A stretch of DNA of 64,000 bases from Savitreella phatthalungensis (lineage: Eukaryota): NCBI GenBank assembly GCA_051599415.1, contig AP039689.1:310001-374000 (forward strand), written 5' to 3'. Position 1 is the stretch's first letter. Every line of letters begins with the position of its first letter. Below are positions 55,611-64,000 of this stretch, piece after piece. The notes under the pieces are model-generated. The model did not search any database and had not been told where the DNA came from. It saw only the letters and a list, made by a program, of their open reading frames with translations. A program made the translations under genes and the position numbers.

Positions 55611-56597
55611 ATGTCATCAGTCTATAAGATTCACAAGGGCGCCGGCAAGCGGAAACGTGAAGCTGATCACGATGTCAGCGACGATTCGGACGTCGAGGTT
55701 TCCAACCAGGTGGGCACAAAGGCTTCTGGCTCATCCTCATTCAAGCCGTTGAAGCAGAAGGTTCTTATTCTCTCATCCCGCGGTATCACAGCTAGACAGC
55801 GCTTTCTCATGAACGACATCATCACAATGCTGCCACACAGCAAAAAAGATGCAAAGCTCGACACGAAATCAAAGTTGTTCCAGCTGAACGAGCTTGCAGA
55901 ACTCTACAATTGCAACAACATCCTCTTCTTCGAGGCTCGTAAACATCAGGACCTGTATCTCTGGGTGGCGAAAGCACCGAATGGACCTTGTTTCAAGCTC
56001 CATGTCCAGAACCTCCACACTATGGACGAGCTCAATTTGACAGGAAACTGTCTTCGCGGCTCACGACCGATCATCTCTTTTGATGCCACTTTTGACGCAA
56101 AGCCGCACTTGCAAGTGCTCAAGGAGCTTCTCAGCCAGGTCTTCAATGTGCCGAAAGGTGCACGGCGCGCAAAACCGTTTGTCGACCACATCCTTACCTT
56201 GACCGTGGCCGACGGGAAGATCTGGTTTCGTAACTACCAGCTCAAGGAGACGTCGACGGCTAGCGGCGCAACGCCAAAGGACAGCAAGGATACTTCCGCT
56301 GCGCCAAAAACTGCCATTATGAAGCAAGGCAAGAACACGGTCGAGCTCGAGTTGGTTGAGATTGGTCCGCGATTCTGCATGACGATCATCAACATCTTCG
56401 AGGGCAGTTTCACTGGGCCTGTGATTTATGAGAACAAGGAGTTCGTTTCCCCGAATGTCGTACGTCGGATCGAGAAGAAAGAGCGAGCGAGCAAATACGC
56501 AGCACGGAGGCAGCAGCACGAGGATGTCAAGGCGAAACGCATCAACAACAAGCTCGAGGTGGACGAGTTGGACGACAGCAAGCTGTTTGCGAACTAA
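55611..56597 (+). CDS. BRX1: Brix-domain ribosome biogenesis protein Brx1
   Basis: LILSSRGI, LNELAELYNCNNILFFEARKHQDLYLW, DGKIWFRNYQ, VEIGPRF. Confidence 0.97.
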   Translation: MSSVYKIHKGAGKRKREADHDVSDDSDVEVSNQVGTKASGSSSFKPLKQKVLILSSRGITARQRFLMNDIITMLPHSKKDAKLDTKSKLFQLNELAELYNCNNILFFEARKHQDLYLWVAKAPNGPCFKLHVQNLHTMDELNLTGNCLRGSRPIISFDATFDAKPHLQVLKELLSQVFNVPKGARRAKPFVDHILTLTVADGKIWFRNYQLKETSTASGATPKDSKDTSAAPKTAIMKQGKNTVELELVEIGPRFCMTIINIFEGSFTGPVIYENKEFVSPNVVRRIEKKERASKYAARRQQHEDVKAKRINNKLEVDELDDSKLFAN

Positions 56598-56850
56598 TTG
56601 CCCAATTCTCCTCGGTCGTATGATCTAGTTGTATAGAACAGCAATCGTAACGTAGCGTCGAGCTACCATCAATCATGCACGAAGTACGGAGCACTATTCT
56701 GCATTGGTTGAAGAACGTATGTGAACATTTTGCATCACAGGGTTAAGAAGACGAAAACGAAGCACATACGTATTTAGGTGGAGCCGGTACGTGGAATGAG
56801 ATGCACTTGAACAACTCTAGCGAGCTGTTGAGGGCACACTTGCGGACGCG

Positions 56851-58146
56851 ATGGCGGACGTGGAATTACAGCTCCAGGATGCAGATCGGAAACATAGCGC
56901 TCGATGGACATATCTGAAGCGCATTCTTGGCAGACCTGGCCCATACGCTGAGGATTACGACGGAGGCGATACCGCGTTCGACTTTGTGCAGGCAGCCAAG
57001 ATTCTAGTGATTGGCGCCGGCGGTCTTGGGTGTGAGATCTTGAAAAACCTGGCGTTGTCCGGGTTCACAGATCTGCACGTCATCGATATGGATACCATCG
57101 ACACCTCCAACCTAAACAGGCAGTTCCTCTTTCGCCCAGCGGACATCGGTAAGTCAAAAGCCGAGACAGCAGCCGCGTTCGTCATGAACAGGGTTCAAGG
57201 TGTTCAGGTAACGCCGTTCCACGGTCGCGTACAGGACAAGGATGAGGACTTTTATGCTGGATTCAATATTGTTGTTTGCGGACTCGACAATGTGGCGGCG
57301 CGGCGGTGGATGAATGCAATGCTGGTCGGCCTTGTGGATGAGGACAATCCCGAATCGCTGAAGCCGATGATTGATGGCGGGACGGAAGGTCTGAAGGGCC
57401 AGTCGCGCGTGATTCTGCCTACGATCTCCAGTTGCTACGAATGCTCACTTGACATGCTCGGCAAGGCGCAGACATATCCGATCTGCACGATCGCCAACAC
57501 GCCTCGCCTGCCGGAGCACTGTATTGAGTGGGCGTCTGTACTCGAGTGGCCTCGAGTCCGACCTGACATCAAGCTGGACGCTGACGAGCCGGAACACATC
57601 GATTGGCTTTTGAGTGTGGCGAGTGAGCGGGCGAAGACTTTCAACATCACCGGGGTGACGAGACAGCTGACGCAGGGAGTTGTGAAAAACATCATCCCTG
57701 CGGTGGCGTCTACAAATGCGGTGATCGCAGCAAGTTGCTGCAACGAGGCACTCAAGATCGCCACCTCCTCAAACCCATACCTCGACAACTACATGATGTT
57801 CACCGGCAACGACTCCGTCTATACCTATACCTTCCAGCACGAACGCCGGCCGGACTGTCCCGTGTGTGGAAACCTGCCGACCGACTTGGCATGCCAGGCG
57901 ACTTGGACGTTGCAGGATATGATCGATGGGATTCTTGCTGCGCCGGATACGCCCGCTGATTTGCAGAGTCCGAGCTTGCGGACGGGCGAGCGGAACTTGT
58001 ATTTGCAGGCGCCTCCACCGCTCGAGCAAGCTACTCGGCCAAATCTGAAAAAACCACTCAAGGAGCTCGTCAGCGAGGGGGAGGAAGTTGCCGTCACCAG
58101 TGCCACATTGCGCTACACCCTCAACTTCCGAGTTCGCTACCTGTAA
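56851..58146 (+). CDS. UBA3: NEDD8-activating enzyme catalytic subunit
   Basis: GAGGLGCE, SNLNRQFLF, catalytic PICTIANTPRLPEHCIEWA, C-terminal E2-binding domain. Confidence 0.97.
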   Translation: MADVELQLQDADRKHSARWTYLKRILGRPGPYAEDYDGGDTAFDFVQAAKILVIGAGGLGCEILKNLALSGFTDLHVIDMDTIDTSNLNRQFLFRPADIGKSKAETAAAFVMNRVQGVQVTPFHGRVQDKDEDFYAGFNIVVCGLDNVAARRWMNAMLVGLVDEDNPESLKPMIDGGTEGLKGQSRVILPTISSCYECSLDMLGKAQTYPICTIANTPRLPEHCIEWASVLEWPRVRPDIKLDADEPEHIDWLLSVASERAKTFNITGVTRQLTQGVVKNIIPAVASTNAVIAASCCNEALKIATSSNPYLDNYMMFTGNDSVYTYTFQHERRPDCPVCGNLPTDLACQATWTLQDMIDGILAAPDTPADLQSPSLRTGERNLYLQAPPPLEQATRPNLKKPLKELVSEGEEVAVTSATLRYTLNFRVRYL

Positions 58147-58194
58147 CGAATCACCCTGTCGTATATGCATCATGATATTTTCTAATCTAGCTCG

Positions 58195-59235
58195 TCAAGC
58201 GACTGGTCCGTCGACAGAGAAAGCGATCTTACCAATCGCCTTGCCTGACTCGAGACGCTCATGTGCTTCGATGACGCTCTCGAGTGAGAACGGGTGGTGT
58301 TCTGTGACGAGGGTGGTGAGCTTGCCTTCGTCGTACAGCTGGGCAATCCGGGTGAGGTACTGGCCTTGAGAAGCGACGTCATGATCGAAGAAGGCCTTGC
58401 CGAGAACCATCTCCCATCTGAACGAAAGGGATTTGAAGAAGGCGTCCATCGCGTGGATAGCAGGAAGCTTCTTGTCACCAGCCTCCACGATCGATCCAAT
58501 CTTGCCACCAGGTCCACAGAGCGAGACCGCTGACTCCATGTATGCCGGTGTGGAGTGGCAGATCATGAAGTAATCACAGTGTTCGACACCGACCTTGCTC
58601 TTGATTTGTGGCGCCAGGTCTTGGCGATGGCTGATGACATGCGTTGCGCCCATCTTTCGTGCATGTTCCTCGGTCTCCTGACGCGAGGCTGTGACGACGA
58701 TATTGGAGATCTTGAATACTTTGGCTGCGAGCTGTGTGGCGATCGAGCCAACGCCACCTGCTCCATTGACAATGACAATCGTCTTCCCGCTATAGTCCCG
58801 ACCTTCCTCGAGACCGAAGCCCTCGACCAAGAGCTCCCAAGCGGTCAATGCTACCAAGGGCACTCCAGCCGCGTCTACCCAGCTGAGTGACTTTGGCTTG
58901 TGAGCGACGAGTCTGTGGTCGATCAGATGGTATTCTGCCATCGTACCCGCACGCTTAAGCACGCCCATGTAGTAAACCTCGTCGCCATTCTTGAAGCCCT
59001 TGACATCTGATCCTACGGCTTCGACGATGCCGGCTGCGTCATAGCCAGTGACATTGTGAGCTGGAATGGCTCCGGACCTGATCTTAGTGTCGACTGGGTT
59101 GACTGCGTTCGCCTTGATCTTGACAAGTAAATCTCCTGGCCCTGGCTCTTGACGGTCTACATCGATTACCTGAAGCGTCTCGCGAGCTGATCCACCGCCT
59201 TTCTTGAACTCGATTGCCTTGTACGTCGACGACAT
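58195..59235 (-). CDS. MDR-superfamily quinone oxidoreductase-like / zinc-ADH-like protein
   Basis: VNPVDTKIR, GYDAAGIVEAVG, LTAWELL, GAGGVGSIATQLA, TASR; lacks the classical GHE zinc motif. Confidence 0.9.
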   Translation of the reverse strand: MSSTYKAIEFKKGGGSARETLQVIDVDRQEPGPGDLLVKIKANAVNPVDTKIRSGAIPAHNVTGYDAAGIVEAVGSDVKGFKNGDEVYYMGVLKRAGTMAEYHLIDHRLVAHKPKSLSWVDAAGVPLVALTAWELLVEGFGLEEGRDYSGKTIVIVNGAGGVGSIATQLAAKVFKISNIVVTASRQETEEHARKMGATHVISHRQDLAPQIKSKVGVEHCDYFMICHSTPAYMESAVSLCGPGGKIGSIVEAGDKKLPAIHAMDAFFKSLSFRWEMVLGKAFFDHDVASQGQYLTRIAQLYDEGKLTTLVTEHHPFSLESVIEAHERLESGKAIGKIAFSVDGPVA

Positions 59236-59583
59236 GATCTCTAGCTCTCAGACGTCCTGTAAGTGTCCTGAATATAGCGGTATCGATTGAGAGGCGACTT
59301 GTGGGATAGGTGATCTACAGGACTTACCTACGTCACTGGCAAGTCTGTACAGGCTTTAGTCATTAAATTAAAACTTGTCATCAATCTCTCAATGGAATTA
59401 ATGTCAACATTGAAGTTTCAAATTCCGATGATTAATCCCGAATGCCAAATGCCAAATCCATCACTCGTCCGGCTCCACGAACTCCAAGTCTCTTCTTTCA
59501 GGACAGTCTACGCTGCAGGATCTACCTCATCGTCACAGTGACTTAAGGCTGCCTGTACACTAGGGGCCTGATTTGGAGGAGGG

Positions 59584-60011
59584 ATGAACGGAAGTGGGAA
59601 CCATACACTGCTGCTTCTCCAAAAAGATCCAGACGCAGGCACCAGAACTTGGTCGGAGCACGGATCTACATCGCTCGCAATCGAACAGTGAGCTCGCTGG
59701 TGATAGATGTGATGGGGGAGGTAGGTACTGACCAGACTATAGTATCATCGGCATCTACGCGTCCGGACGGGCTAAAGAGAGTCGATCCGCGGAGATCAGC
59801 TTACTCGAGGTTCTTGGCTATCTGGATCAGCTGCATGACGCTGTGGCTCTTGTGTATGATGAGGCTGACGGGAAATACGCCGTCCGGGACACAGATTTCC
59901 TGAAGGAGAGGTAGTCTTCCTCCATCGCAATTGCTGCTTCTGGTGATGTGACACGAATGACTGACTCTCGATTCCAGGATCACGGACAAATGGCAAAGCT
60001 TGCGTGACTAG
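59584..60011 (+). CDS. ERH: Enhancer of rudimentary homologue, 101 aa; exons 59584-59687, 59743-59910, 59978-60011
   Basis: Spliced product MNGSGNHTLLLLQKDPDAGTRTWSEHGSTSLAIEHIIGIYASG...VLGYLDQLHDAVALVYDEADGKYAVRDTDFLKERITDKWQSLRD matches the ERH pattern HTILL.Q...RT.S, D.L.D...LVY....Y. The second donor is an atypical GTAGTC; if unspliced the protein ends at 59914. Confidence 0.88.
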
Positions 60012-60094
60012 TGTACATGGGATACCTTCGGCCGCTCGGTTGAAGGAGCGTGAGAACTACGATGAGCTCCGCGAGTGTGAGGCCACCAAGGTGG

Positions 60095-60862
60095 CTACCG
60101 GCGCAAGGTGAGAGAGAGAAATTCGTCGCGTGTCTTTTGCGACTTCTCAAAGACGCCGAGCATGCAGGAGGTGATGGTGGTGGCCGAGGTCTTCTGAACA
60201 CCTCGCATGGTCATGCAGGTGTGGGAGGCTTCGACGATGACGGCAACACCCTGAGGACGGAGAACCTCGAGCAAGGCTTGTGCCACCTGCCGCGAGAACC
60301 GCTCCTGCACCTGCAGTCTCCGTGCAAACATGTCGGCAATCCGAGCGAGCTTCGACAGGCCAATGACCCGCTTATTTGGAACGTAACCGATATGCATTTT
60401 GCCAAACCAAGGGCAGAGGTGGTGCTCGCAGAGACTGAAGACTTCGATGTCCTTGACAATCACCATCTCGTTATGGTCTTCCTCGAAGACGGCGCTGTTG
60501 AGAACGTCCCGAAGATCCTGCGTGTATCCCTGGGTGAAAAAGAGCATCGCCTTTGCATACCTGTCAGGCGTATCCCGAAGTCCTTCTCTATCCGGGTCCT
60601 CGCCTAGGCATTCTAGAATCGTGCGCATTGCTCCGGACATCTTTGCAAGTCTGGCAGATGCCTCTTCCTCTGAATCGTTCAGCCTCTGTTTTGTGCCGAT
60701 CGCAGGCCAAGACAATCCATCGAAATCGATTGCCCTTGTAAGCCGTATCCGAGGTTCTCCGTTTGTGGTATTGCTGTCTCGCCGAGGTTTCAGTACAAGC
60801 TTATCGGTGGTGGGTGAGCGGAAGCCAGAATCCTCTGGAGTAGATGGGAGCTTGCCGCTCAT
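60095..60862 (-). CDS. FOL2: GTP cyclohydrolase I
   Basis: [50 protein letters not shown]. Confidence 0.98.
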   Translation of the reverse strand: MSGKLPSTPEDSGFRSPTTDKLVLKPRRDSNTTNGEPRIRLTRAIDFDGLSWPAIGTKQRLNDSEEEASARLAKMSGAMRTILECLGEDPDREGLRDTPDRYAKAMLFFTQGYTQDLRDVLNSAVFEEDHNEMVIVKDIEVFSLCEHHLCPWFGKMHIGYVPNKRVIGLSKLARIADMFARRLQVQERFSRQVAQALLEVLRPQGVAVIVEASHTCMTMRGVQKTSATTITSCMLGVFEKSQKTRDEFLSLTLRR

Positions 60863-61747
60863 TGGCCTCTCTCTTGTGTACCTCTTGTGTACACACCCCG
60901 GGTACGGTCACAGAAGCGCTACAGCCGATGGAGGTGAAGAAGAAGTGCCTTCGTTAGAGTAGAATCGAGGTGGATCAGTAGGGCAAGCTGAGCTGTTGAG
61001 AAGAGATGACAAGGAGAAGGAAATGTTGATTGGTGGAGCGTACAAAAGGTATGTTCCTGTGCAGTACACGTTGGAAGATTAACAGTTGATCATGTACGTA
61101 TGTATGAGTGGATTAATTCTGCTAGACACTAAGTGCACAGCTTGTGATACATCCACTGCATATAAGAAGTGCATGCTTTAGACGTTTTACAAATTGTGAT
61201 CCATTAAACATGTGCACGAAAGTGCCTGCTGCAAATGATCGAGTAATTCTACAAAAGAACACGTGAACATTCAATTGTCTGCAAGTCAGAAATTTGCAAG
61301 TGTCGAAATCAAATTCGACCTGTACGCGTGTATCCAAAAGAATTCCTCAAATTCACAATTTCCTCTCAGTGAAACTTAATGATAATGCAAGCTACTCTTT
61401 TGATGGAATGAAATATAAGTATGCACAGGCTGTACATGAGTATGCACAGGCTGTACAGGATGCCAGCTGCTGCACAATCATAGTGCTACCTACTTCGATC
61501 CATCAATCCAGGACTTAGGTAGAGAGAGCCACACATCCCCTATGTCATGCACGTAGTCAGCGTATCAGGTATCTTTTTACGATTGTGTATCGTGAGTAGC
61601 TCAGCGACCTGCCTGAACCTTTGAATGATCGAGATTGCGCGCTGCTGTCGATGCGTCTAATTCGATTCATGTCATGTGTGTATGTACAGAGAAGGCTTAA
61701 AAGTACAGTGAACTCCAGGTAGAAGTAGAATGCGATCCACGGGCAAT

Positions 61748-62689
61748 CTACGTCGAAAAGTCGTTCAGCGCAATGCAGACCGCAGCCTTGTGGTGACCAT
61801 TATACTGCCGAATCGTCTCGCCTGAAGACAGCTCCCATAGCCGACCAACATGGTCTGACGACGCTGAAACGAGGTAAGCAGAGTCTGCACTGAATGCACA
61901 ATCCCAAACCCACCGCTGGTGACCTGTCAAGACCCGTTCGAGCTTGAAGCTGAAGTCCTCTGCGCGCCAGATCTTGATGGTCGAGTCCGCACTGCACGTC
62001 GCCAGGTGTCTGCCGTCAGGCGACAAGATCGCACGCGTCAAATACTTGTTGTGCGCCCTGAAAGTGGTGACAGGAGTCAACGAGGTCACATCTCGATTTG
62101 CCTGGACGCGCCATACATAGCAGTTGCCCTTGTTGTTGCCGGCGACAATCATCCCGCCATCGCTTGCCACAGTCACGCTCGACATTGGTGTGTCTTGTTC
62201 CGGTACGAGTTCGTGAGTACACGTCGATTCTGATAGATCCCATATCCGAACTGAGCCTCCGTAGTCGACACTCAGCAGCTCACCCTGATTTGGGTGAATG
62301 ACAACATCGCTCACAGGCGCTGCATGGGTGTAATTTCGTTGTACCACGGGGGACCGTGTATCCCAGACTTTCACTGTGCCGTCCTCGCTAGACGAGCACA
62401 ACCATTTGCCGTCGCAGTGCCATTGTACCGCCGTGACGTTCCCCGTGTGTCCTTCAAATGTCATGATTGGACTGCCATCGTTCGAGTTGATATCGTAGAG
62501 TCGGATGTGCTGATTGCCGGCAGCCGCGAGGAATCGTTTATCTGACGAGATGGCTAGTCTGTTGACCTGTGAATCTGCATGCTGGATCGTGCGCGAGCAT
62601 ATACCGCTCAATGCCTCCCAGAACCGAATCGTATGATCATAGCCGCTTGTGACTAGCAGAACGCTGTGCTGTTGAGGATTCGGCCGCAT
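61748..62689 (-). CDS. LST8: TOR complex subunit Lst8 (WD40)
   Basis: GYDHTIRFWEALSGICSRTIQHADSQVNRL; GHQRWVWDCAFSADSAYLV. Confidence 0.98.
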   Translation of the reverse strand: MRPNPQQHSVLLVTSGYDHTIRFWEALSGICSRTIQHADSQVNRLAISSDKRFLAAAGNQHIRLYDINSNDGSPIMTFEGHTGNVTAVQWHCDGKWLCSSSEDGTVKVWDTRSPVVQRNYTHAAPVSDVVIHPNQGELLSVDYGGSVRIWDLSESTCTHELVPEQDTPMSSVTVASDGGMIVAGNNKGNCYVWRVQANRDVTSLTPVTTFRAHNKYLTRAILSPDGRHLATCSADSTIKIWRAEDFSFKLERVLTGHQRWVWDCAFSADSAYLVSASSDHVGRLWELSSGETIRQYNGHHKAAVCIALNDFST

Positions 62690-63355
62690 TGCCAGCTGAG
62701 CTCAACAGCAAGTGACCCTTTTAGTCCGCTTGTTCGACAACTACTTTCACCGTGATTGGGTTCTGATGCAGGAAGAGGTCGCCGTCGGCAGTCAGCACAA
62801 GCTGATCTCGAGCCTTATCTAGTAGATAGTCCAGTAGCGTGCAACACTATACGGGCAATGACTCTCGCTGTTTTCACCCCGGTCGCCGTAAGGCTGTATG
62901 CACGGCAGGATACAAAGGCTACTCGCTGCCTTCCTGTACTGTACGTACTGCTCTGCCCTGATGCTTTCCCCCCTTACAAGGACCACTTGAACCTGCTTTT
63001 GTATTGATAGCGACACCCTGCTCAGGCTAGTCCACCTAGCTTCGGTAGCACTCATCAATATGTGCATACGATCACATACAATAGAATCTGAAGCTGCGGT
63101 TGGTTTAAGCGACTGCGTCATTCCTGTCAAAAACTGGAAAGCAATAAAACCACATATGCAATCCACCTTCAAGCGCTCCTTCACCTCCAAAGCCCCCCCT
63201 CTGCCAAGTTCAGAACCTCCCCACCCCACTACACGCACCATCCCTCCCCCAAACGACAGTCACCCACAAGCTCTTCAAGCTCTTCGACCTGATTCTCTCA
63301 AGATACTCTGGATCTAGCATCGACTAAAAGCTCTTGTCATTTCTCTCTTTCTTCG

Positions 63356-64000
63356 ATGCTCAGTCTCTTTGTTCTCGTCATCGTGTATGGCGCGCTGCTT
63401 GCAGTGTGTGCGCTAGGCGCCATCGGATGGGTTCGTCGAATGCGCGATGCACAAGAGAGCTCTGCACCAGCTTCCGTCACCACCTTCGTCCTCTTTGTCG
63501 CAACTGCAGGACTCGTCCTTCTGCCGGCACTCGACACTGCCCTCGTCGCATCCCTTAATGACCGATCCACAGGTGCGCTCAAGTCCTGGGCTTCATCCCG
63601 CGTCGTCAACGCTACCACAGGCGCTGTCGCCTGGACGTATGTCGGATTCGCAATCCTTTCGGCTGTCTTGATTCTCTTTGCTGTACCATTCAGCTATGCG
63701 TTCTTCGAAGACGGCGACTATGAGCTCATTGAGGACGGCCACCGCACAAGCCAGAAGACCGGTCGTGCACTCAAGTACGCGATCGGAATGACTGTAACCG
63801 CTGGCATTATATTCCTTCTCGGCCTCTTTTTGCCCAGCGCAAAGGAAGTACATGGTCCGGTCGACGGGGATTACCTTAAGGGTCTGCTAGAACACGCTCG
63901 CCCGATCAAGGCTCTTCTGTTCGTGCTCGGCATTGTCTTGATCGGCGGTGCTGCATCCTTTGCAGTCTACGGAGGCATTGGACTTGCTGCTCTGCCGATG
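63356..64000 (+). CDS. LMBR1-family membrane protein (LMBD1/lysosomal cobalamin transporter-like), 3'-truncated
   Basis: ATG at 63356, open to the window end: MLSLFVLVIVYGALL...LLPALDTALVAS...KSWA...VPFSYAFFE...ALKY...YGGIGLAALP. Confidence 0.85.
   Translation, partial: MLSLFVLVIVYGALLAVCALGAIGWVRRMRDAQESSAPASVTTFVLFVATAGLVLLPALDTALVASLNDRSTGALKSWASSRVVNATTGAVAWTYVGFAILSAVLILFAVPFSYAFFEDGDYELIEDGHRTSQKTGRALKYAIGMTVTAGIIFLLGLFLPSAKEVHGPVDGDYLKGLLEHARPIKALLFVLGIVLIGGAASFAVYGGIGLAALPM

Noticed and set aside
1..64000. CRISPR arrays, tRNA/rRNA genes, autonomous transposons, secondary-metabolite cluster
   Set aside because: None seen: no repeat-spacer array, cloverleaf, transposase, reverse transcriptase, PKS or NRPS motifs

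Overview
Gene-dense, intron-poor fungal nuclear DNA with GC-rich coding regions and short GT-AG introns (55-95 nt in coding genes). An ERH/Erh1 gene, a complex I subunit and the compact architecture suggest a non-Schizosaccharomyces Taphrinomycotina yeast-like fungus; this is inference. About 33 protein genes are supported, mostly housekeeping: QNS1, MRPL9, ASK1, SSF1, ERB1, SPC25, MRPL1, BUR6, PDR16-like, TAF13, NDUFA2, RPC37, SNF8, BRR2, MRPS12, BRX1, UBA3, FOL2, LST8, an LMBR1-family gene, two MFS transporters and a Zn2Cys6 factor. Manual splicing recovered genes the ORF track misses or splits: a 3-exon ERH homologue, a 4-exon I9 protease inhibitor and a ~1670-aa OB-fold (POT1/Cdc13-like) protein. 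Non-coding features worth follow-up: a U18/snR18-type C/D snoRNA in a 294-nt intron of an apparently non-coding host upstream of SSF1; a ~470-nt multibranch RNA-like structure of unassigned family followed by an intron-like signal set (29.27-29.93 kb); and a ~1.1-kb CCC...GGG element with subterminal repeats that may be a non-autonomous DNA transposon. All family calls are by recognition from memory; no database search or folding program was run.
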